Below are positions 42,385-54,668 of a stretch of 64,000 nucleotides of DNA, one piece after another (positions within the stretch are counted from its first letter, which is position 1; every line of letters begins with the position of its first letter). The notes under the pieces were generated by a model. It was not told where the DNA came from and searched no databases. It was given only the letters and a program-made list of their open reading frames with translations. The DNA comes from Octopus vulgaris (lineage: Eukaryota), in NCBI GenBank assembly GCA_951406725.2, contig OX597833.1, positions 45,384,001-45,448,000 of the forward strand, written 5' to 3'. A program made the position numbers and the translations under genes.

Positions 42385-42586
42385 AACGGGTTTCTGTAGA
42401 GAGTTCCGTGGAATAAGCTGCCAGACGAGATAGTGAAGATGCCGACGACCACTCGGTTCAAAGTCTCTCTTGACCAGAAATGGCCTGAACTCTTTGCATG
42501 AACACCCTCCCTGTACATAACTCCATGTCCCCCTACATGGCCTTGCTTTTTGCTTTTTGAGCCAAAAAATTAACTTAACTTAACTT
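42385..42586 (+). mobile_element. CR1-type LINE 3' end with (TTAAC)n tail
   Basis: WNKLPDEIV..TTTRFKVSLD* followed by a short UTR and ttaacttaacttaactta. Confidence 0.7.
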
Positions 42587-43569
42587 ATGTGTCAACACGA
42601 AGCTGAAAGAAAATCACACACACAGACACACACATTTGTTTTATTGGCTGGTACTAGTATATTTGTCACATTAAGCATTCTTCTTTGACCAAGACGAACA
42701 AAAACAATAATAATGAATTTAAAGAAAGGATTAAAAGAAAGGAACCGATCATCGAATAGACTTCTGGTAACGTTTAAGGAGGAACTGCACAAAATAATTA
42801 AGAATATAAAATTTAGAAAATTCCCTAGAAGACCCAACCATGGGTGCTTATATTTAAGAACGGTTATATTAGGTTGTCCCAAAAGTTCGTAAACACTTGC
42901 GAAAATTGAATTTTTACGCGCCAAGTACTAACAAAAACAACAAAAATTATTCCTCAAAATAAAGACCTTTATTTTCCAAGACTTTCTACGAACTTTTGGG
43001 ACAACCTTATAGTTCTTCCTTGTTGGTACACATTTGCTTATTGCTTGTGTGTGTGTATGTTTGTGTGTATGCGTATGTAAGGTGCATGGCGCCCTGGTTA
43101 GAGCGTCGGGTTCACAATCATGAGGTAGTGAGTTCGATTCTCGGACCGGGCGGTGTGTTGCGTTTTTGAGCAAGACACTTTATTTCACACTGCTCCAGTT
43201 CACTCAGCTGTAGAAATGAATTGCAACAATTCAGCTTGGTGCCAAGCTGTATCGGCCTTTGCCTTTCCCTTGGATACCATTGGTGGTGTGGAGAGGAGAG
43301 GATGGTATGCATGGGCGACTGCTGGTCTTCCACAAGCAACTTGCCCAGATTTGTGCCTCGGAGACTTGGCCATTCATGACTGAAGGTGGTCTTTACCCTT
43401 TATAGATGGCTGGATGTGCGTGTACACGTACATATGGAAAATAGAATTTCTCGAATACTCTGGAGGATCCTTAGACGTATATGTAAATAATTTCTATTGC
43501 CTAGGCTGGTGCTAGTATACTTATCTCATTACGCATTCTTCTTTTATAGAAAAAGGGAATAAAGACAAT

Positions 43570-44110
43570 ATTTGGAGGAGGATGTCCCGAACGTATAGTT
43601 GCTAGAATGAGGAACGGCTGGAGAATGTTCAATAGCTATAAACTCTATTGGTAACAAAAGGTATCTCGCTCAGAGTGAAAGGTAGATTGTATGATACCTG
43701 ATTACGAACGGCAGTGCTACATGGTAGTGTAACGTGCATCATGAATGCAGAGACCACGCAAAAACAAGAAAGGAATGGAGCTAGCATGCTCTTTTGGGTG
43801 TGCAACGTAAGTGTGCATGTAGGACGAAGTGGTAATGTTTTAAGAGGAAAATTGAATATAACAGGCGTCAGATTTTGTGTATAGAAGAGAAGACTGTGCT
43901 GGTATTATCATGTAGTGCGTATGTATGAGAACAGCTCCATAAAGAAGTGCGAATTGCGAGCTAAATGTGGCATGGGGCCTGTAGAAGGAGACTCGGGAAG
44001 ATGTGAGATGAAGCTGTGCAGACTGACCCTTGGATATTGAGCTTCATAGAGGAAATGAAAAAGGACTAAGATGATTGACAATTTGCTATGCTCGAGAAGA
44101 CCTGTCAGTC
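43570..44110 (+). mobile_element. Decayed RTE-type LINE 3' fragment
   Basis: KGISLRVKGRLYD..RTAVLHGS..ERNGASML.WVCNV..RRLCWYYHV; same family as 24827-27370. Confidence 0.75.
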
Positions 44111-44124
44111 TTAGCAAAGAAAAT

Positions 44125-44467
44125 GGGCAAGTCTCTTCTACTATAGCCTCGAGCCGACCAAAACCTTATGAGTAGATTTGATAGACGGAAACTGAAAGAA
44201 GCCCGTCGTATATATGTATATATATGTATGTGCGTGTATGTTTGTGTGTCTGTGTTTGTTCCGCCTAGCATTGCTTGACAACCGATGCTGGTGTGTTTAT
44301 GTCCCCGTCACTTAGCGGTTCGGCAAAAGAGACCGATAGAATAAGTACTGGGCTTACAAAAAGAATAAGTCCCGGGGTCGAGTTGCTCGATTAAAGGCGG
44401 TGCTCCAGCATGGCCGTAGTCAAAATGACTGAAACAAGTAAAAAGAGAAAAAAAAAAAGAGAAAGAG
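44125..44467 (+). mobile_element. SINE A, 5'-truncated
   Basis: Starts at gggcaagt; tail intact. Confidence 0.85.
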
Positions 44468-44599
44468 AGGTGTTAAAACCATTTTGTTTATATCCATGCC
44501 CTGCACTCAGTTTCTCTCTGCCAAGCCTTCCCTGCAACTCATTTTCCTAATATACATTGCTCCATCACTCTTAAAACTAAAACATTATTTGCGCAGTTT

Positions 44600-44817
44600 A
44601 AGGCGGCGAGCTGGCAGACTCGTTAGCACGCCGGGCGAAATGCGTAGCCGTATTTCGTCTGCTGTTACGTTCTGAGTTCAAATTCCGCCGAGGTCGACTT
44701 TGCCTTTCATCCTTTCGGGGTCGATAAATTAAGTACCAGTTACGCCCTGGGGTCGATGTAATCGACATAATCCGTTTGTCCCCTCTGTGTTTAGCCCCTT
44801 GTGGGCAGTAGTGAAAT
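44600..44817 (+). mobile_element. SINE family B monomer
   Basis: Head ggcggcgagctggcaga, B-box-like gagttcaaatt, body gcctttcatcctttcggggtcgataaattaagtacc; 15-bp TSD acattatttgcgcag (44582-44596 and 44818-44832). Confidence 0.9.
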
Positions 44818-45321
44818 ACATTATTTGCGCAGCTGTTGCACTCATATGAGAGCCGAACTGCACATATCTCACCCTCTTCTTTTGTACCGTCAGTTATTCC
44901 TCTCCTTAGAACCACTTCCTTTGTCACCCATCCCGCTCTCTCAGTATCACTTTATCACCACACCTTATCACTTTATTCATGACACCCACATCATCGCTCC
45001 TTACATTTTTTTGTGTGTTTGTCACTCACTATATCCATCCCTACGTATCTCTCTCTCTCACCCCTGCCTCACACTCTCCACATCATTTCCCTAGTTCTAT
45101 TCTGTTTTACTATACTACTTCTCACCACCACACCTTTTATGTACTGCCATCTATCACATCCTCCTTTACCCACTCCTATTTTCCTTCACTTTTCCCCCAA
45201 ACAGGAGATTCACTGTTGACCTCGCCCCCGCCCGTATTTTGCTATTCACTGCATTCACCTCGATCCCTGTCTCTTACCATCGATCAAAACTGTTGCAACT
45301 TATCCGTATACTTTTCCCAAT

Positions 45322-45449
<128 letters not shown>

Positions 45450-46419
45450 TGGAGGGGCAATGGCCCAGTGGTTAGGGCAGCGGATTCGCGGTCGTACGAC
45501 CGCGGTTTTGATTCCCAAACGTTGTGAGTGTTTATTGAGCGAAAATACCTAAAAGCTCCACGAGGCTCCGACAGGGGGGTGGGTGGCGATCTCAGCTGTA
45601 CTATTTCGCCACAACTTTCTCCCACTCTTTCTTCTGTTGGCCTGCTCGCTTAGCTAGCGGGGTAGCGTCATTTGAATGCTAAAACAATGCGAAGCGCACT
45701 GTGACCAGCGACATGTAGCAACATCTGATAGCCTGTCGCTTTCCGACAGTAATGAGACTGAAACAGTAACTGAAATACAGGCATCGTGTACAGGGTAAAA
45801 TGACATTTTAATATTAATATTTATACTCGAGTTCAAATTCCGTCGAGGTTCACTTTGCCTTTCATTCTTGTTTTTCGTTCATGCCAAAATTTCAAATCAA
45901 TATTCATGGGCGTAGGAGTGGCTGTGTGGTGAGTAGCTTGCTTACCAACCACATGGTTCCGGGTTCATTCCCACTGCGTGGCACCTTGGGCAAGTGTGTT
46001 CTACTATAGCCTCGAGCTTGTGAAATACCTGTGAAATACCTGTGAAATACCTGTTTTCAGCTCTTTGTCGTTAAAGCATTATTTCGTACAGAATAAAATG
46101 TAAGCAAATTGTCTAAGTGTCAAAAATCCCAAGCTTGTCTGTAAGATTCAATTGCCGAGTAGTGCCAGCATTTCGTAAAACACTAACCTTATTACTTCCA
46201 CATCAATAACATGGAATCGCCCAAAACTGTACTTAAAATACTTCTATATGTACATAACCCAGTTTATTTCACTGGCGAATGAGAAGAAATAAACACGTCA
46301 TGATTATTTTTCCACGTCATCTGGTATTTGGTATTCAGAAATTTATGTACGCTGTATAAGAATGTATACATATACTGATATACAGGAATGTACATATCTG
46401 TTCAAGAATATACATAGAT

Positions 46420-46452
<33 letters not shown>

Positions 46453-46983
46453 CAAATGGGTATTATTTTACAACAGATGTCGTTCTCTTTCTAGTTAAGT
46501 GATCTTTTCTTCATAGAATCTCACATCAATCTACAGGTCTATGCTATCAAGACACTTCCAAATACTCTTTGAGTTGTATGTAATTACCAAACATAAGAAA
46601 AAAATCATGATTTTTATTGCAAATAAAATATCGATTTCAAATATTTTTCTTGATAAAATATCTATTTCAAATAAAATATCGATTCCAAAGGCCAGCAGTT
46701 ATGGGGCAGTGGGTAAGTCGATTACTTCGATCCCTGTGCTCAACTGGTATATATTTTATCTTCCCCTTAAGGATGAAAGGAAAAGTCAACTTCGGCGGAA
46801 TTTGAACTCAGAACGTAAGGACGGACGAAATGCCGCTAAGCATTTTTCCCGATGTGTTAAAGATACTGTTAGCTCATCGCCTTTTATTGTTAATAAAATA
46901 TTGTTATAACAGCATATTCTCACTAACTTTGCTAAGACAAGAATTAACTTTATAAATCTATCCAATTTCAGCAGTATACTTAC

Positions 46984-47395
46984 CTGTCAAGTCCATCTCC
47001 TCCTCACCGTGGTGGGGACGCTGGCAACGGGTAGTGTCAGAGCTATGCCGTCGGGAACTTCGGTTCCTGGTTGGGTCACCCAAGGCGGATTGGTCTGACA
47101 CCGAGTGGTATTAGGGCCACAACCCGGCAGACGGGGTTCTGGTGAAAATCCTCGCAGTGTCTGTTTCGGCAACCGGCGCTTCCTCGGTCGTTCTGCTCCT
47201 GCGTCTGCGGACAATCTGCGGCAAATAAGATGTCTCCACATGTGGGATTGTTGGGGACCGCTTGTGAAATCCACATATTCCCACGAAACTGCTTCCATGG
47301 TAGAAGAAGCCGACTCCACCCGCCCAGGGTGAATGTCGCCACAAGTACAAGAACAAGTACTGTCAAGTGATTTGATTTGAGGCCGTGTATTGAAA
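46984..47395 (-). other. Candidate minus-strand exon (GC-rich unique block), function unknown
   Basis: Acceptor tcgtaattgttttAG and consensus donor CAG|GTAAGT. One frame stays open until a TGA 3 nt before the donor; another frame has ATG GAC TTG ACA G at the exon end. No recognisable domain. Confidence 0.35.
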
Positions 47396-49441
47396 CTAAA
47401 ACAATTACGAGATGGAGAACACGTATTAGCCATTCAAAACCACACAGAAAATGTTAAATTTGTTAAAAGCATTTGTTAGACTGTGTAATACTATTTTTGT
47501 CCTTGGGAAACAACTGTTATTTCCGATTTGCTTACCCCTGGGAGGTATGGAAAAAAATTTCCTTCAAACTTCGCATTTGTTACATTTTTTCAAAGCCCGA
47601 AGAATTTCTTTCATCACATGGCTGTGATGCTCCCCCACTAACCCTGCTCATGATCAGAGATGCACATATTGTCAGCCACTAAGGACATACTCAAGTAGTT
47701 AAGGTCGAGCAAATGACAAGCAAATCTGTGGCATTGGGTAGAATATTTGCTATAACGATATTTCTGCTTCAGCAACTCAGCGCTGAATCTGTCTGAAATG
47801 TAATGGAAAATAGGTCAGTTTCCAGGTTATGAAAGCAAAGTCTGAAGGGAATAGTAGTCATTTCCTTTGATTTCTAGATAGAAGCAAATAAGAATAACAC
47901 TTACTGACCAAAGACAAAATATAACTAATAAATAAGCAAGTAAGAATTTGTTATATGGTGTAAAATTTTTCGTCATGCCAACTGCGACCTGATTGCAGAT
48001 GCATTAGAATCACGTCAGTGACAAGGTTGCAGTTGGTGCGACGAAAATTTTTGACACGAAATTAATAAATATTGACGTTAACAGTTTTTTTTTTGTTTTT
48101 GGATAGCTTATATGTATCTTCTACGCTGTAATTGTTTAACCTATCTATCTCGAAGAAATAAACAGGAGACACCTCCCTAGTTTAAGTTTACAGGTTGATT
48201 TACTTCATTTCATATACTAAATATTCTTTTCTTTTAGTAACTTTGTAACTCCACCAGCAATAAATAAATAAAAGCAGAAAGAATAAACATGAATGTCACA
48301 GCTCTTCATATTTTCAACGTAAAACTCAGGATTATTTCTCCGAAAGGAAACGGTTATTATGAGCTATTTTGATATCACATTTGCTCTCATCGATTTTTTT
48401 CAAAACAGTAGCTTTGAGATCGACTTTTTGTCTAATTTAAAACTGTGCGAAACTTAGTTCAATAAACCATACTAAAACGTATAAATTATAAAATATATCA
48501 TAGCTTTTGTTCTCTTCCAAAAATTATTTATGACTGGAATGCTCAAAGACACGGTTTCATAAATATCACATCGATCTAAAACATAAAAATAAATGTGATT
48601 GCAAAATATGAGACAGTTCAGAAATCATACTATTGTGTTTGCGTGTAGTGTAGATGTGCGTTTGTGTGTGTGTGTGCGCGCATGCGTGCCTGTATGTATG
48701 TATTTTTGATCGTTTTGTTTTTACGTGTTTCAGTCATTAGATTGCGGCCATAGTAGGACATCGCCTTAAAAGAACTTTAGTCGAACGAATCAACCCCAGT
48801 ACTATTTTTAAAGCTTGGTATTTATTCTAACGTTCTCTTTTGCAGCGTGATTAGTGACCTGTGGACATACAGCTAGGATTCAATGATCTCGGCGTCGACC
48901 TAAGGCGGTGTCGTTCTTTTTCGCCCTACCTTTCACCAGACCGGTTACACCTGTCTGTGCTCCTCGCTCTGTCCTTAAGGACATTTTCCATTTCTCCTTT
49001 GTGTTACCCAGACCATTCTGTTTGACAGCTGCAATGGCCTTTTTCCGTTGCATATATATAATTATTCCTTTTCTGTTGTGTTTGTATACTTATTTTTTGT
49101 TGTTGTATACATACAACTGTTACATTATTTTAGTTTGTTTTGTTTATTTTTGTACTTATGGTATATGTTCGTTAGGTATTCCTTGTAGATTTCTACTCTG
49201 GCACTGCCGAAGACAGAGTAGTATCAATGTTAAAAGCGGGAAACCACTATCATCTCTTGGACATTGACTGATGAGGAATTAGCTGCGAATTTTCCATGCA
49301 CTATGGTCTTGTAAAATTTTCCGATATGCTTTTGCTAAATTTTTCCGCCTATTGTGTTCCTTTTATTCAATCCTTGAAAATGTGTGCGTGTGTGTATAAG
49401 GGAAAGACGGGAGTTAAAGAAACAAGATCTATATGCATCTA

Positions 49442-49479
<38 letters not shown>

Positions 49480-49548
49480 ATACATATACATAATATATAT
49501 ACATACATACATACATACATATATATATATACATACATATATATATAT

Positions 49549-49599
<51 letters not shown>

Positions 49600-49754
49600 C
49601 ATATACATATATATACATACATACATATATATATATACATACATATATATATACATACATAGATATATATATACATATATACATATATATACACATATAT
49701 ATATATACACACACATATATATACATATATATATACATACATATATATACACAC

Positions 49755-49791
<37 letters not shown>

Positions 49792-49834
49792 CATATATAT
49801 ATACATGCATACACACACACACACACATACACAC

Positions 49835-49879
<45 letters not shown>

Positions 49880-50087
49880 GAGAGGGAGAGTGAGAGTGAA
49901 AAGGTGCAATGGAACTGGATTTTGTAGCTACGAGTTCTAAATTCAAATATGCGAGTTTCCCTTTCTTCTTAGATGCAATATGGACTAGAGAAATAAATAT
50001 ACATGATGGATTGAACCAACTATTAAAGACCACTATCTCTTATCCAATATCTTAATCGTAAAATTTCTTGTTTTTCCCCCCTTCCAG

Positions 50088-50215
50088 GATCCGTTGTGTG
50101 TTATAAGAAATTCCGTAAACGACGAGGAGTTTGTAAGCGACCGTTAAAGAGACAAGTCTATTCAACAGCCATTCAGTGCTGTAGTGATCGAGGTTCTGGT
50201 TGGACGAGGAAAGTG
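50088..50215 (+). CDS. Coding exon (phase 1 to phase 0) of a properdin-like gene, first part of a TB-like domain: (G)SVVCYKKFRKRRGVCKRPLKRQVYSTAIQCCSDRGSGWTRKV
   Basis: Polypyrimidine acceptor tttttccccccttccAG ends at 50087 and donor GTGAGT starts at 50216. The frame is open and carries a C-x10-C-x14-CC pattern. Not in the ORF track; found by reading splice signals. Confidence 0.8.
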
Positions 50216-50342
50216 GTGAGTGAGCCTTTGCTTCTAACTATCTATTAATCAACTACTACTACTATTACTACTACTACTACTACTACTAATAATAATAATA
50301 ATAATAATAATGATAATAATGATAATAATAATAATAATGATG

Positions 50343-50376
<34 letters not shown>

Positions 50377-51016
50377 TAATAATAATGATAATAATAATAA
50401 TGATGATGATAATAATAATAATAACCCTTATCAAACGGGTAGTCATGATGGGTATTTTGGGCTTCGTATATTTTACCCCAGTGTCACTTTGATGGCATGA
50501 ACTGCTCTCTCACTCAATAATAATAATAATAATAATGATGATGATTTCAAATTTTGGTATCAGACCAGCAGATTTGGGGGGAAGGGTTTAAAGTCGATCA
50601 CATTGATCTCAGTGTTCAAATGATACTTATTTTAGCGATCCCGAAAGGATGAAAAGCAAAGTCGATCGCGGCGGAATTTGAGCTCAGAACGTAGCGATTG
50701 AAGGAATGCCGCAAAGCATTTTTGTCCCGTGTGCTAACGATTCTGCCAGCTCACCGCATTAGGCGCGGTGCAAAGGGAATTGGAAACTTATTGTATACAG
50801 TGCTCAGGTACACAACAACTCATCAGAAAAGTAACCAAAACTGCATGAACAGTACATACGATAAGCACTGGAAGTGCTTATGAACAGTGAATAAGTCTTA
50901 AAAAACAAAACAACAGCAACAAAAATAATAAAAAAGACCGAGTTTTGGAGCCACAGGTGTACTGTTAGTGAATTTCAGGAAACATGATAGATTTGATGGG
51001 TGTAGTGTTTCGACAG

Positions 51017-51335
51017 TGAGGGCGCGTGGCTTAGTGGTTAGGGCATTCGGCTCATGATCGTAAGGTTGTGAGTTCGATTCCCGGCGACGCGTTGTGTCCT
51101 TGAGCAAGATACTTTATTTCACGTTGCTCCAGTCCACTCAGCTGGCAAAAATGAGTTGTACTTGTATTTCAAAGGGTCATCCTTGTCACTCTCTGTGTCA
51201 CGCTGATTATCCCCGAGAACTACGTTAAGGGTACACGTGTCTGTGGAATGCTCAGCCATTTGCACGTTAATTTCACGAGCAAGCTGTTCCGTTGATCGTA
51301 TCAGCTGGGACCCTCGTCGTCGTAACCGGCGGAGT
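51017..51335 (+). mobile_element. SINE family D (tRNA head plus CORE/V-like tgtgtccttgagcaag segment)
   Basis: A box tggcttagtgg and B box agttcgattccc; also at 38585-38843 (-), 43080-43400 (+, different tail) and ~57560-57700 (-, old). Confidence 0.85.
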
Positions 51336-53052
51336 CTTTTTTAAGTGTTTCGACAGCTACAACTGACGGCAGTAGTTTGGTAGTGCACTGGCAGAATAGT
51401 TACTGCGTTATTTATGATATATTTAATCTCAGTTAAGTTTGTATGAATAAACGAGTGTATCTGAAGCATGTTTACTTCATGGTACCACCATAATCGATCG
51501 TGCATTTCTACTGCTTTTAGTTGTTTTTCCCGTTTTTCAGCTACTATTTTCAGAAATACTTTTTGCCCCAGCCGCCCCTCCCCTCCAATTTCTTCATTTT
51601 TCATTTTTTTCCGTAACTGTAACCCTAACCTTAACCTTAAAACCAAACCCTAACCCTAAACCAAACCCTAAAGCTAAAACCAGTACAAATGCACGAACGA
51701 TGTCATAAATAACAGTGACAAACGAAAAATACACCGCCGGTAGTTGTTGTTGACAAACAACAGCAGTAATTTTATTCAGCTGAATACGAGTCATTGATTG
51801 GTTGAAATTACCGAAATACGACAACTTTAACACGAAATAACTTCGTAAATAGAAACTTTTCTCAACAACATAATAGTAAAAGATGTTTTGTATGACACAT
51901 TCTAACAGTGTCCGAAGTTTGAAAGTGTTTAGTTACAAAAAATTAATTTCTCGATCTGCTGTTGAAAGGGAAAAGATCCCTGTGTCGGACAAAATACTGG
52001 GTGGCTTTTCTTCAGGTTCTTTACGTTCCGAGTTCAAATGCCACCGGTGTCGGTTTTACTTTTCATCATTTCCGGGTCCACAAAATAAGTTCCAGTCGAG
52101 CATTGGGTCGATGCAACTGACAGGTCCCTCCCACCAAAATTTTTAGGCTTTGCACTGATAGTAGAAACAATTACTTTCTTTTCTTTCTTTTTTTTTTTTG
52201 TTAGAGGCGACATGCTGGCAAAATCGTTACTGCACCGAACAAAATACTTAGCCGCATTTCAATCTCTTCTTTACGATCTGAATTCAAATGCTGCAGAGGT
52301 CGATTACATTAGATAAATTAGAAAAGGTAGAGGGCGGCGGGCTCGCAGAATCGTTAGCACACCGGGCGAAACACTTGGCGACATTTCGTCTGCCGTTGCG
52401 TTCTGAGTTCAAATCCCGCCGGTGTCGACTTTGTCTTTCATCCTTTGTAGAAGTATAACCAATTCATTGTACAAATTTTAATCACAAAATCTTATGTGGT
52501 CTCCAGGGTCATATAGATCCTAAGTGTTATATAGACCTCACCGCCAGAGTCATATGGGTCCCGGCTGAGAACCACTGGACTGGATCGTGTCACCTTGTCC
52601 GATAAAAGAAAAAAGGAAGAAAAACGAAACACCTGTAAATAATTGGTGTACTTCAAAACCATGAGATTTATATATGTGTGTGTGTGTGTGTGTGTTACTT
52701 TTTATTATTTCTAAATTGTCGCCTGCCTTTATATTCTGAGTTCAAATTGTCGTCTGCTTTTACGTTCTGAGTTCAAATTGTCGTCTGTGTGTGTCTATGT
52801 GTGTGTGTGTGTGTGTGTGTGTATTATTTTTTATTATTTCTAAATTGTCGTCTGCCTTTACGTTCTGAGTTCAAATTCCACTGAGGTCGACTTTACCTTT
52901 CAACCTTTCGGGGTCGATGAAATAAAGTATCAGTTTGAACACAGGGGTCGATGAAATCGACTTAACTCCGCCACCAAACATGCCGGCTTTGTGCCCTATA
53001 GTAGAAAGGATTGTTTGTAAACTATTCTAAAGTGATAATTATTACATTTCAG

Positions 53053-53128
53053 GATAAAGTTGGGAAGAACTCCTATCGATGTACATCTTGCGAAATCTTG
53101 AAGAAATTTTCCCTGCCACCTGCTGATG
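53053..53128 (+). CDS. Coding exon (phase 0 to phase 1) of the same gene: DKVGKNSYRCTSCEILKKFSLPPAD
   Basis: Acceptor attacatttcAG and donor GTAAGT at 53129. 76 bp, and its phases exactly bridge the flanking exons. It supplies the CxxC that completes the six-cysteine domain. Confidence 0.8.
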
Positions 53129-53202
53129 GTAAGTTTGCTTTTTAAGTTTTTTGTTAACGTACCATATTCTCCTGGTGGATGGGGAGAATGGTTGATAGAA
53201 TA

Positions 53203-53980
53203 AAGGTAGCGAGCTGGCAGAAACGTTAGCACGCCGAGCGAAATGCTCAGCGGCATTTCATCTGCTACGTTTCACCGGCTACGTTCTGAGTTCAAATTCC
53301 GCCGAGGTCGTCTTTGCCTTTCATCCTTTCGGGGTCGATTAAATAAGTACCAGTTACGCACTGGGGTCGATGTAATCGACTTAATCCGTTTGTCTGTCCT
53401 TGTTTGTTCTCTCTGTGTTTAGCCCCTTGTGGGTAGTAAAGAAAGAGGTATTTCGTCTGCCGTTACGTTCTGAGTTCAAATTCCGCCGAGGTCGACTTTG
53501 CCTTTCATCCTTTCGGGGTCGATTAAATAAGTACCAGTTACGCACTGGGGTCGATATAATCGACTTAATCCATTTGTCTGTCCTTGTTTGTCCTCTCTGT
53601 GTTTAGCCCCTTGTGGGTAGTAAAGAAATAGGTATTTCGTCTGCCGCTACGTTCTGAGTTCAAATTCCGCCGATCTCGACTTTTCCTTTTATCCTTTCGG
53701 GTTCGATAAATTAAGTACCAGTTACGCACTGGGGTCGATGTAATTTACTTAATCTGCTTGCCTTCCTTGTTTGTCCCCTCTGTGTTTAGCCCCTTGTGGG
53801 TAGTAAAGAAATAGGTATTTCATCTGCCGTTACGTTCTGAGTTCAAATTCCGCCGATGTCGACTTTGTCTTTCATCCTTTCTGAGTCGATAAAATAAAGT
53901 ACCAGCTGAGTACTGGGATCGATGTAATCGACTTAGTGCCTTCCCCGAAATTTCTGGCCTTGCGCCAAAATTTGAAACCA
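53203..53980 (+). mobile_element. SINE B tandem tetramer (183-184-bp period)
   Basis: Junction aaaga(aat/aag)a|ggtatttc at 53447, 53631 and 53814. Confidence 0.9.
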
Positions 53981-54278
53981 ATATTTTGCGATGGTGGAAT
54001 GGTAGAACCATTAGAAAACCGTATTAAATGCCAGGTCAATAATTAGTATAACTTCCTAGTTCAGAATCTGCAGGATAAAGTTTGTGTTCCTTTTTGGTGT
54101 CCGATGAAATATATTTGGGTTGATTGAATCATCTCACTTCTTTGCCTGCAAATAAATTTGACCTTCTACCAATGTAAGAAATTGATGTTTCGATGTTTGT
54201 AACGTCTATTCGAATTAGATTTATTTCAGTATTTTCCCAACGATGTCCTTCAACGGATATCTTGATGCGCCGCTCATT

Positions 54279-54668
54279 TCTCTTTTACTTGTTTCAGTCA
54301 TTTGACTACGGCCATGCTGGAGCACCGCCTTTAGTCGAGCAAATCGACCCCAGGACTTATTCTCTGTAAGCCCAGTACTTATTCTACTTTTGCCGAACCG
54401 CTAAGTGACAGGGACATAAACACACCAGCATCGGTTGTCAAGCAATGCTAGGGGGACAAACACAGACACACAAACACGCACATATATATATATATTCATA
54501 TATACGACGGGCTTCTTTCAGTTTCCGTCTACTAAATCCACTCACAAGGCATTGGTCGGCCCGAGGCTATAGCAGAAGACACTTGCCCAAGGTGCCACGC
54601 AGTGGGACTGAACCCGGAACCATATGGTTGGTAAACAAGCTACTTACCACACAGGCACTCCTGCGCCT
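54279..54668 (-). mobile_element. SINE A (intronic)
   Basis: Consensus match. Confidence 0.9.

Noticed and set aside
46972-47030. Possible + strand signal-peptide exon for the properdin-like gene (..QVHLLLTVVGTLATG, phase-1 end)
   Set aside because: No in-frame ATG, a weak donor (GTAGTG) and stronger splice signals on the opposite strand. It cannot be excluded without RNA data.
51618-51670. Telomere-like (TAACCC)n
   Set aside because: Only a few degenerate units, probably internal to an old repeat element.
53203-53980. CRISPR-like regular repeats (also the 21-bp array)
   Set aside because: No unique spacers and no cas genes; these are eukaryotic SINE multimers and a minisatellite.
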